Shown here: positions 1 to 6,284 of the stretch, in pieces | How the letters are laid out: each line of letters opens with the position of its first letter | Numbering within the stretch: position 1 is the first letter of the stretch | IMG/VR virus record: IMGVR_UViG_3300031178_000001 | Reading direction: 5' to 3' (one strand) | DNA from: a virus | Length of the DNA: 40,623 nt | Program-made: the position numbers and the translations under genes | Notes under the pieces: generated by a model | Database searches by the model: none | What the model saw: the letters and a program-made list of their open reading frames with translations, nothing else | What the model was told of the DNA's origin: nothing

Positions 1-127
1 AGGTAGCTGCTCCGCCAATGCGCAAAATGGTCGCCGTAAACGGTTGGAGGTTTCCGCATCTGTGACATTTACAGAGCCATAACGCTTGCCCCCGCTCGTT
101 CGTCCCGGCACGCTCAATCACTTCGAG
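1..127. repeat. Terminal direct repeat, identical to 40497-40623 (circularisation overlap)
   Basis: Base-by-base reading: aggtagctgctccgccaatgcgc...caatcacttcgag occurs at both ends. Confidence 0.95.
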
Positions 128-355
128 ATCGCCGAAACGCCGCCCGGACAGGTCGAGAGCATTCGCGGGCGTCCGCTTTCGCAGGCACCCACAGGACTTT
201 TTTCTGCCGGTAAGCAGTTGGCTTCTCGTGGCGACAGTGGTCTCGCCGCATGAGCATCGGCAGATATATGCCTTCTCTTTTCGCACTTTCTCTGGCGATT
301 CCTCGATGACCTCGAGCTCGCCAAACCGTTGGCCGGGTTCAATCGATGCTTTCAT
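1..355 (-). CDS. 5' part of a junction-spanning gene: DNA-binding protein with two Zn-ribbon repeats plus an AP2 domain (223 aa in total; continues 40623->40180)
   Basis: The ORF is open at the window edge, so it is absent from the ORF track. ATG at 355 overlaps the upstream stop (ATGA). Hand translation: MKASIEPGQRFGELEVIEESPEKVRKEKAYICRCSCGETTVATRSQLLTGRKKSCGCLRKRTPANALDLSGRRFGDLEVIERAGTNERG..., which runs in frame into the listed 40180..40617 ORF. Confidence 0.75.
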   Translation of the reverse strand, partial: MKASIEPGQRFGELEVIEESPEKVRKEKAYICRCSCGETTVATRSQLLTGRKKSCGCLRKRTPANALDLSGRRFGDLEVIERAGTNERGQALWLCKCHRCGNLQPFTATILRIGGAAT

Positions 356-744
356 CCCACGATCCCCACTACCACTGCATCTACAATCCGGATCTCTCCG
401 GGGTCCAGCATCCCGTCGTTGTCCACCCGGTTTCCGGCAATGATGACTTGCCGGGAGCCGTATGCGCGGTTCTGGGCGATGGCCTTCTCGATCTTCTTGG
501 CCAGCTCGGCCGGATCGTCGATGTAGTCCGCCCAAGTGGCGGCTGTCGTGCAGCACGTGCCGCCCGCCTTCTCGCCGTCCTCGCCGTGCAGATCGTAGGT
601 GGAGCAGTCATGCTCGACGTCCCACTCGTACGATTCTCGGCAGGTGTCGCCTACGCTGTATTCTTCGTCCGGGCAGAGGGCACGAACGCCGATATAGGGC
701 CATCCCTCGTCGATCAGTTGTTGCGCCAGTTCCATGTATTTCAT
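352..744 (-). CDS. Hypothetical protein, 130 aa (first gene of the minus-strand accessory cassette)
   Basis: GGAGGA RBS upstream of the ATG at 744. Its stop overlaps the next start (ATGA). No family recognised. Acidic, Cys-containing centre (GGTCCTTAATW). Confidence 0.7.
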   Translation of the reverse strand: MKYMELAQQLIDEGWPYIGVRALCPDEEYSVGDTCRESYEWDVEHDCSTYDLHGEDGEKAGGTCCTTAATWADYIDDPAELAKKIEKAIAQNRAYGSRQVIIAGNRVDNDGMLDPGEIRIVDAVVVGIVG

Positions 745-777
745 CGTTCATTCCTCCGTTTCGCTCTTTCTGACTCC

Positions 778-823
778 ATTATATCAAAAAGATTGTGCAA
801 TACAAGCGAACAGTATGCGAACA
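778..823 (-). promoter_or_regulatory. Candidate promoter of the minus-strand cassette with upstream direct repeats
   Basis: On the minus strand: extended -10 TGATATAAT (778-786) and -35 TTGTAT (800-805) with a 16-nt spacer. Two GCGAACA direct repeats (806-812, 817-823; 11-bp period) lie just upstream of the -35. Confidence 0.45.
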
Positions 824-853
824 AAATGTGAACTTTTCAAATATCGACAAAAC

Positions 854-958
854 TGGTATAATCCAATCAAGCCGTATGCGGAAGCACCGCTGCGGCCCTT
901 ATTATGCTTGCATACCGAACACCCATTCGCATATAATACGGATACAAACACTTGTTCG
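854..958 (+). promoter_or_regulatory. Candidate plus-strand promoters with two near-consensus LexA (Cheo) boxes
   Basis: Extended -10 TGGTATAAT at 854-862. Second promoter: TTGCAT (908-913), 18-nt spacer, TATAAT (932-937). CGAACACCCATTCG (917-930) and CAAACACTTGTTCG (945-958) each differ by one base from CGAAC-N4-GTTCG. Confidence 0.4.
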
Positions 959-971
959 GGGTGTGGTCCGT

Positions 972-1166
972 ATGCACAAGTATATCGGCCGTCGCGTCGA
1001 GATCATCTACCAGTCCGCTGACGGCCGCCTGACCCAGCGCGTGGTGCGCGTGCTGGGCGTGCAGGATGACGTTGTGCGGGCGTTCTGCGAAGCGTCCGGC
1101 GCGCCGCGGACGTTTCGGGTCGAGAACATTCTGGCTGCGCTGCCGGTGCGGAGGAGGTCGGCGTGA
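972..1166 (+). CDS. Small beta-rich protein, 64 aa (possibly WYL/SH3-like)
   Basis: Internal ATG at 972 of the 795..1166 ORF; the longer form would run across the promoter elements. Sequence MHKYIGRRVEIIYQSADGRLTQRVVRVLGVQDDVVRAFCEASGAPRTFRVENILA. Family assignment is from memory only. Confidence 0.55.
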   Translation: MHKYIGRRVEIIYQSADGRLTQRVVRVLGVQDDVVRAFCEASGAPRTFRVENILAALPVRRRSA

Positions 1167-1345
1167 GGCGTTGGCTCGGCCCAATCGAGACCTGCACCTG
1201 CAAAGCCCTCATGCGGCCGCGCTGGACCCGTGACCAGTGGCCGCAGGCGTATGTGTGCACGCGGTGCGGGCGGCCGGTGCCGGGGTATGAGCGGATGTGG
1301 ATGGAGAGGCAGAGGGAGATGGAGAAGGGAGAGCAGCGCGGATGA
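1163..1345 (+). CDS. Small Cys-containing (CxC...CxxC) protein, 60 aa
   Basis: GTG start overlaps the preceding stop (GTGA). Followed directly by an intrinsic terminator. Confidence 0.45.
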   Translation: MRRWLGPIETCTCKALMRPRWTRDQWPQAYVCTRCGRPVPGYERMWMERQREMEKGEQRG

Positions 1346-1365
1346 GCCCGGCTGCTCTCCTTTTT
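1328..1365 (+). terminator. Rho-independent terminator
   Basis: 10-bp stem GGAGAGCAGC/GCTGCTCTCC followed by TTTTT. Confidence 0.75.
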
Positions 1366-1369
1366 CGAT

Positions 1370-1387
1370 TGCCCACAACGTGCCCAC
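1370..1387 (+). repeat. 18-bp direct repeat copy 1 (TGCCCACAACGTGCCCAC), candidate integrase arm site
   Basis: Matches 1523-1540 in 17 of 18 positions. Each copy is itself two TGCCCAC heptamers at 11-bp spacing. Confidence 0.5.
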
Positions 1388-1412
1388 GGTAACACCGTGT
1401 AATGGCGTGTAG

Positions 1413-1447
1413 CGACAAGAAAAGAATGCCTAAAATTCGGCATTCTT
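1413..1447 (-). terminator. Terminator downstream of int
   Basis: 9-bp stem AAGAATGCC/GGCATTCTT (1422-1447). On the minus strand it is followed by TTTCTT. Confidence 0.55.
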
Positions 1448-1522
1448 GTGAATTCACAGGTAACCTTTGTTTATTTAATAGACAAACAAGGGTGCTTGTA
1501 GGGCGCGGGATTTCGGCGATTT

Positions 1523-1540
1523 TGCCCACAACATGCCCAC
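1523..1540 (+). repeat. 18-bp direct repeat copy 2 (TGCCCACAACATGCCCAC)
   Basis: See 1370-1387. This copy abuts the int stop codon. Confidence 0.5.
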
Positions 1541-1545
1541 AGGGG

Positions 1546-2799
1546 TCAATCAAGCGAGAGGTATGGTCCGAGGAGACTGTCCAGCTTTTCAACGTTCGCC
1601 CGCCGGCGCGCCTCGGTGACGTGGAGGTAGACGCGGCGCGTCACAGCGTCCGTCGAGTGGCCGAGCTGTTTCTGGATGTCCTCCAGCGACGCCCCGGCCT
1701 CAGCCGACAGGCTGGTGTACGTGTGCCGGAGGCTGTGCGGCGTGATCGATCGCGGCAGGCCGGCGAGATCAAGCAGGCGCGCCAGATCAGCCTCGAAGGT
1801 GAGAGGGTTGAGTGGGTAGCCGGGGTATCGCTTGTACGAGACAAAGGCAAAGTTCCGTTCCCGGTAAAACTTTTCACCGATCAGGAGCCGGAACGCTTTC
1901 ACATCGCGGAGCTGTGCGTCCAAGATGGCCGCGACCGTCCGGCTGATGTCAACGGTGCGGATCGAGGATCGATTTTTCGGCGTCTCAAGCCGGTACGCGC
2001 GGATGCCTTGCCGATGGTACAACGTGGCAATCACCCGGATCGTTCCGCGCCGCACGTCGACCCGCTGCTCCTCGAGCGCGCACAGCTCGCCAATTCGCAG
2101 GCCGGTGTTGGCGAGTATGATGATAGCCCTCATCGTCTGGCGCGCGCCGAACGCCTTCGCCGGGTCAGACAGGCTTTCCGCATACTCCTTTGCGATGCGG
2201 ATCAGACCGGCGAGTTGCTCTTTCTCGAGGTACTCCGGCAGCGGCTCGTCCTCTCCGCGCTCGAGCATCTCGAAAGACGGTCGCATGTTGGGTAACACTG
2301 CACCATCGGTCGGATTGGTACGGACAATTCCCATTTTGACCGCGATATGGTAGAGGATTCGCATTGCGGAATGTGCGCCTCGGATCGCGCTTTCGCCGAG
2401 GTTGTGGACGTCCCGGAGATCCAACAGATACTGCTGGTACTGAGTCGGTGTAATATCCTTGAGTCGCCGGCCGGCGAAGGCGATCCGCGCATATTTGAGG
2501 TTGGAGCGCATCACGTCGACGGTGTTCTGCTTGAGCTGCTTCGCCCTCGCATGCAGCTCGACCCCCTTCTCGGCCCACTCGGTAAACAGTATGTTCTCCT
2601 CATCGACAAATGTCCCCTCGAGCAGTTGCGCCTCGATTTTGATACCTTCTCGATATGCTTCCTGGGGCGTCGGAAAGGCCCGCGTCTCCTTTTGCTTCCT
2701 CCGGACTGTCCCATCCGGCTGCGTGGTCGGGACGCTGTATCGGTATGTGTATCCCTTCCCGCGACGCCGGACTTTTGGCGGCAGCTTTTCTTTTGACAT
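1546..2799 (-). CDS. int: Tyrosine recombinase / phage integrase, 417 aa
   Basis: C-terminal catalytic motifs are present: ...TGLRIGELCAL..., HSLRHTYTSL and LGHSTDAVTRRVYLH. N-terminal SAM-like/arm-binding region. Next to the repressor. Confidence 0.93.
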   Translation of the reverse strand: MSKEKLPPKVRRRGKGYTYRYSVPTTQPDGTVRRKQKETRAFPTPQEAYREGIKIEAQLLEGTFVDEENILFTEWAEKGVELHARAKQLKQNTVDVMRSNLKYARIAFAGRRLKDITPTQYQQYLLDLRDVHNLGESAIRGAHSAMRILYHIAVKMGIVRTNPTDGAVLPNMRPSFEMLERGEDEPLPEYLEKEQLAGLIRIAKEYAESLSDPAKAFGARQTMRAIIILANTGLRIGELCALEEQRVDVRRGTIRVIATLYHRQGIRAYRLETPKNRSSIRTVDISRTVAAILDAQLRDVKAFRLLIGEKFYRERNFAFVSYKRYPGYPLNPLTFEADLARLLDLAGLPRSITPHSLRHTYTSLSAEAGASLEDIQKQLGHSTDAVTRRVYLHVTEARRRANVEKLDSLLGPYLSLD

Positions 2800-2839
2800 A
2801 CTGTATCCTCCTTTTTCATTAATTTACTTTCAAGATTTT

Positions 2840-3469
2840 TCACAGTATTGTGACGACTTGCACAGCTCTGCCGATAATTCGTGCCGGGTTGTCCGGAGTG
2901 ACGATTATCGGTTCGTACTCCGGGTTGTCAGGGAGCAGGATCAGCAGATCGCCTTGCCGCTTGACGCGCTTCAGTGTCGCCTCTTCGTCGCCGTTGACTA
3001 GGATGGCCGCAATTGCTCCGTTTTCTACATCTGGTTGTTCGCGGATCAGGACGAGCGAACCGTCCGGGATCGTCGGTTCCATACTCTTGCCCTTAGCGCG
3101 AAGATAAAACAGTTCACCGGCCGGGAGCCGTTCCGGCGATTCATATACATATTCACTTATATTTTGCTCCGCGAGGATCGGTTCTCCGCACGCGATGGTC
3201 CCCAGCACGGGGATCGGTACTGTTCTCGGTCCTGCGGGGGCGAGGTTCGAAGGACGTTCCTCGGTCAACATAGATTTTGGCACATTAAAGAAATCCGCCA
3301 TCTTTTGAATCTTGTCAATTCTCGGATACTTATCGCCGCTCAGCCACTGTGACACCGCCGAATCGCTCACCCCGATGTGTTCGGCGAGTGCGCGCTGGTC
3401 AATTCCTTTACTTTCCAATAACTTTTGAAGGTTTTCAGCCAAAACTTCACGGGCGCTTTTCTTAAGCAC
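2840..3469 (-). CDS. CI/LexA-like repressor (XRE HTH + S24 peptidase), 209 aa
   Basis: N-terminal HTH (QRALAEHIGVSDSAVSQWLSG). C-terminal S24 motifs GKSMEPTI...LKRV. GTG start with a GGAGGGG RBS. Confidence 0.92.
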   Translation of the reverse strand: MLKKSAREVLAENLQKLLESKGIDQRALAEHIGVSDSAVSQWLSGDKYPRIDKIQKMADFFNVPKSMLTEERPSNLAPAGPRTVPIPVLGTIACGEPILAEQNISEYVYESPERLPAGELFYLRAKGKSMEPTIPDGSLVLIREQPDVENGAIAAILVNGDEEATLKRVKRQGDLLILLPDNPEYEPIIVTPDNPARIIGRAVQVVTIL

Positions 3470-3485
3470 TATCCATCCCCTCCAA

Positions 3486-3571
3486 TGTTTATATTATAAA
3501 CAAAAAGTGAAAAAAGTAAACATTTATTTTTTACTTTAAGTGTTGACAATTAACTTTAAGTGAAATATCAT
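3486..3571. promoter_or_regulatory. Immunity switch: divergent promoters and operators O1/O2
   Basis: Plus strand: TTGACA (3543-3548), 17-nt spacer, TATCAT (3566-3571). Minus strand: TATAAT (3493-3498) and TTTACT (3515-3520). ACTTTAAGT palindromes at 3533-3541 and 3553-3561. An extra 8+1+8 palindrome TGTTTATATTATAAACA at 3486-3502. Confidence 0.7.
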
Positions 3572-3610
3572 TGTGGTACAACACATGGAGCAGAGAGGTG
3601 GTGATACTGG

Positions 3611-3814
3611 ATGACTGTACAGCTTACGCTCGAAGCTCTGAGGGTTAACGCTGGTTTTACGCAACAAGATGTAGCGGATAGACTCGGTGTTTCGCGCTTT
3701 ACCGTCATGAAATGGGAAAGCGGCGAAGTTAAGCCGAAGGAGCTTGTGATCTACGCGCTCGCGAAACTTTATGACGTCGATATTGACGTTATAAAGGTTC
3801 CTTCGTCTGCATGA
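3611..3814 (+). CDS. Cro-like XRE-family HTH protein, 67 aa
   Basis: HTH FTQQDVADRLGVSRFTVMKWESG. Divergent from the repressor. Confidence 0.85.
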   Translation: MTVQLTLEALRVNAGFTQQDVADRLGVSRFTVMKWESGEVKPKELVIYALAKLYDVDIDVIKVPSSA

Positions 3815-3816
3815 AT

Positions 3817-3829
3817 TTACTTTAAGTAA
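3817..3829. promoter_or_regulatory. Third operator copy O3 (perfect 13-bp palindrome TTACTTTAAGTAA)
   Basis: Same core as O1/O2. Lies 3 bp after the cro-like stop codon. Confidence 0.55.
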
Positions 3830-3845
3830 AGTGAGGCGGCGGAAA

Positions 3846-4130
3846 ATGGAGCAAGCAATCAACGCAATTCGCAGCATCTTGCTCCTGATCCCGGAAGATC
3901 AGCGGCAGGATGTCATCCGCCAGCTCAGCCGAGAGGTGGGTGCCGTGCAGAGCGACGTGCCGCGCATGTACACGGATCATGAGGTGGCAGCTCGGTATCA
4001 GGTGCATGTGCGGACAGTGCGCAACTGGATTACCAGCGGGCGGCTGCGCGGTTGCCAGATCGACCGGTACTGGTATTCGCGGGCTGATTGGCTGGATGAG
4101 TTTGAACAGAAGGAGGTGACCACCGCATGA
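3846..4130 (+). CDS. HTH_17/excisionase-type DNA-binding protein, 94 aa
   Basis: ATG 3846 with a GAGG RBS. Motif MYTDHEVAARYQVHVRTVRNWITSGRLRG. Confidence 0.65.
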   Translation: MEQAINAIRSILLLIPEDQRQDVIRQLSREVGAVQSDVPRMYTDHEVAARYQVHVRTVRNWITSGRLRGCQIDRYWYSRADWLDEFEQKEVTTA

Positions 4131-4351
4131 CTCCAACCATCACATTCATCGCCCGCCTCATCCACCGGCAGACCGGCGTCGCTTGTCACGGCACATTTGA
4201 GGCCCCGCTCGACCCGGCCGACGCGCTGATTCGGGCGCACGAAAAGTACGGAGCGACGCACCGGATCGTGACCGTCTATCCCGAGGCGCAGCACCTGCGG
4301 GTAGGCTGGCAAATGAGACTGGCAGACGCGAAGATGGAACCGGAATTGTGA
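4127..4351 (+). CDS. Hypothetical protein, 74 aa
   Basis: ATGA start/stop overlap with the upstream gene. Confidence 0.6.
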   Translation: MTPTITFIARLIHRQTGVACHGTFEAPLDPADALIRAHEKYGATHRIVTVYPEAQHLRVGWQMRLADAKMEPEL

Positions 4352-4368
4352 AGGGAGGTGACCAGTAA

Positions 4369-4605
4369 ATGAGCTACATTGCAAGAGCGTTCCGCGCCAT
4401 GCCCGCTCTGCGCAATCCCGCCCGTGGCACGCGCCCCCGGAGCCGCAGCGTCAATGCCCCGTACCGGCCCGGCACGCTCGGCGTATCCTCTGTGTCCGAG
4501 GCGATCCACCGTGACTACGGCGCGATCCTGAGTCGCCGGGAGCGCCGGCAACTGGCAAGGCGAGGCGGGCCGGCATTCCGCCCCTACTATAACGATGTGA
4601 GGTGA
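4369..4605 (+). CDS. Hypothetical basic protein, 78 aa
   Basis: GGAGGTGA RBS upstream. Confidence 0.55.
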   Translation: MSYIARAFRAMPALRNPARGTRPRSRSVNAPYRPGTLGVSSVSEAIHRDYGAILSRRERRQLARRGGPAFRPYYNDVR

Positions 4606-4611
4606 TCAATC

Positions 4612-4875
4612 ATGCCGAAGTGGTACGGCCTCGCCTGGTACCGGGACCAGAAAGGCGAGCGCAAGTCCATCATCATCCGCGACATCGCAGCCGAGCACCG
4701 GCATGAAGCCGAGCGCGAAGTGCGCCGGGTGTGCTGGAGCCGGGGATATCGTTTCGAGGGTGTGTATCCCGTCCGCCCGGAGCGCTACCAGCAGCGGAAG
4801 AAAGGCCGGCAGAAGCCGGCGCAGTCCAACCTGTGGTGGAAGCGGCGCCCGGCGGAGGAGGAGGCGACCCAATGA
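4612..4875 (+). CDS. Hypothetical protein, 87 aa
   Basis: GAGGTGA RBS. Basic C-terminus. Confidence 0.6.
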   Translation: MPKWYGLAWYRDQKGERKSIIIRDIAAEHRHEAEREVRRVCWSRGYRFEGVYPVRPERYQQRKKGRQKPAQSNLWWKRRPAEEEATQ

Positions 4876-5045
4876 CCACTCACGACGAATACCGCGCCGC
4901 CCTCGACGAGCTGAGGGCCGCACAGGCGCAGTTCGATGCGGCCGATCCGGACCGGGTAGATGAGGCGGTGTACCGGCTGCGGGCCGCTGAGCTCAGGGTG
5001 TCGGCGGCGATCCGGGCGTTGAGACAGCAGAGGGTTGCGGGGTAA
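4872..5045 (+). CDS. Hypothetical helical protein, 57 aa
   Basis: Internal ATG of the 4731..5045 ORF, overlapping the upstream stop (ATGA). Confidence 0.5.
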   Translation: MTTHDEYRAALDELRAAQAQFDAADPDRVDEAVYRLRAAELRVSAAIRALRQQRVAG

Positions 5046-5554
5046 TGGCCGTGCGCAACCCATACGACTGGTATATCACGCCGGAAGAGTACGAGACGGC
5101 CGCGGCAAATGGCATATCGCGTAATCTGCTCGAAACCCGTATCCGCAAATATGGGTGGCCGAAAGAGCTCGCCATGACCAAGCCGCCGAGGAAGTGGTCG
5201 AAAATCCCGCGCGAAATCGTTGAGCTCGCTCGTCAGAACGGGATACCACGCTCAACCTTTTATTGGCGCGTACACATCGGCTGGGCGCCGGAGCGCGCAG
5301 CGACGGAGCCGGTCGCGGATCGAGCGGAGCGCGTCAGACGGGCACACGATGCCCGACGAAAGATTCCCGCCGATATTATCGATCTCGCCGATCAAAACGG
5401 AGTCAAGTACACGACGCTCTGGAAACGGATCAATACGCTCGGATTGGACCCAATGACGGCCGCCACGACGCCGGTCATGACGAAAAGCGAGAGTGGGCGG
5501 CTGGCCAAAGCGAAGCGAGAAATCGTACACAAATGGATATTTGCGAGGAGGTGA
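5045..5554 (+). CDS. DNA-binding protein with three tandem HTH repeats, 169 aa
   Basis: Repeats ANGISRNLLETRIRKYGWPKELA, QNGIPRSTFYWRVHIGWAPERA and QNGVKYTTLWKRINTLGLDPMTA. Confidence 0.65.
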   Translation: MAVRNPYDWYITPEEYETAAANGISRNLLETRIRKYGWPKELAMTKPPRKWSKIPREIVELARQNGIPRSTFYWRVHIGWAPERAATEPVADRAERVRRAHDARRKIPADIIDLADQNGVKYTTLWKRINTLGLDPMTAATTPVMTKSESGRLAKAKREIVHKWIFARR

Positions 5555-5561
5555 CCAGATC

Positions 5562-5705
5562 ATGACCAGAGCCCAGAGAATCCGCACCTGTGGCAACCTG
5601 ATGCAGCTGATGTGCTGCGCTCAGTCGCCGGCAGCTCGGCGGGTGTACCGGAAGCAGCTTGAGCGGACAGCAGCACGCTTGAAAGGAGGTGACACTGCAT
5701 CATGA
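5562..5705 (+). CDS. Hypothetical protein, 47 aa
   Basis: ATG 5562 after a GAGGAGGTGA RBS, inside the 5493..5705 ORF. Confidence 0.45.
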   Translation: MTRAQRIRTCGNLMQLMCCAQSPAARRVYRKQLERTAARLKGGDTAS

Positions 5706-5839
5706 GCGACACGCACCGCATGGTCACGGTAGTCTGCGACGGCGACCGCCGGCCGAACATCACGCGCGAGCTGCTGACGGTCGAGGATTGCGATCGGGCG
5801 CACGCCCAGAAGGTAGCAAAAGAAAAAACCGCCCAATGA
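5702..5839 (+). CDS. Hypothetical protein, 45 aa (below the ORF-track cutoff)
   Basis: ATGA overlap with the upstream stop. Hand translation MSDTHRMVTVVCDGDRRPNITRELLTVEDCDRAHAQKVAKEKTAQ. Confidence 0.35.
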   Translation: MSDTHRMVTVVCDGDRRPNITRELLTVEDCDRAHAQKVAKEKTAQ

Positions 5840-5927
5840 GAGCGGCCAGCGTCCACCGCGGCAACGGTGGACAAATGAATCAGGATTCAGTCCCATCATA
5901 CCACAGGTGGGGCGGGAAGGGGAAGAC

Positions 5928-6284
5928 ATGAACAACTATATGGGAGACGGCGCATACCCGCGCCATGGTACGCACACGGTCGAGATATCGCTCCAGTGGA
6001 GCGATTACAAAGGGATGATTATCGTCCAGGTTAAGGGCAACGTGATAGGCGCCTCGGTTATCGACTCCGCATTGGTTTCCCTTGTTGACGGCGATTTTCA
6101 GCCGGATATGAGCCTTGGGCAGAATCATAGACACGTCGTACCAATCAGCAGCGGCACGGAAGCCGGATATGTGAAGTATTACAGACTTTTCAATGCGTCC
6201 GGCGACGAGTTGCAAATCGATTTCGACGACATCGCGGATTGCATCATCGGCGTCCAGATCGTCGGATGGGAGGCGAGCGACTGA
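5928..6284 (+). CDS. Hypothetical protein, 118 aa
   Basis: ATG 5928 with a purine-rich RBS (GGGAAGGGGAAG). Confidence 0.6.
   Translation: MNNYMGDGAYPRHGTHTVEISLQWSDYKGMIIVQVKGNVIGASVIDSALVSLVDGDFQPDMSLGQNHRHVVPISSGTEAGYVKYYRLFNASGDELQIDFDDIADCIIGVQIVGWEASD

Noticed and set aside
118-443. Track ORFs 118..342 (-) and 228..443 (+).
   Set aside because: They are off-frame to the junction-spanning 223-aa gene, which has an ATGA-coupled start at 355 and recognisable repeats.
806-833. The GCGAACA repeats and GAACAAAATGTGAAC as LexA boxes.
   Set aside because: These are direct repeats, not GAAC-N4-GTTC palindromes. Only the boxes at 917-930 and 945-958 approach the SOS consensus.
795-971. N-terminal extension of the 795..1166 ORF. 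Similar extensions occur at 11953->12163, 14251->14449, 6239->6284, 5907->5928, 31750->31792 and 38794->38830.
   Set aside because: The extensions run through promoters or the 3' ends of upstream genes. Internal starts have good RBSs or start/stop coupling, and the recognisable domain begins at the internal start.
1402-2796. Plus-strand ORFs 1402..2295, 1925..2353 and 2347..2796, opposite int.
   Set aside because: They are antisense to a tyrosine integrase with complete catalytic motifs, so they are shadow ORFs.
5689-5931. 80-aa ORF 5689..5931 (+).
   Set aside because: His/Arg-rich junk-like sequence. The ATGA-coupled 45-codon frame at 5702..5839 is more plausible, though still uncertain.
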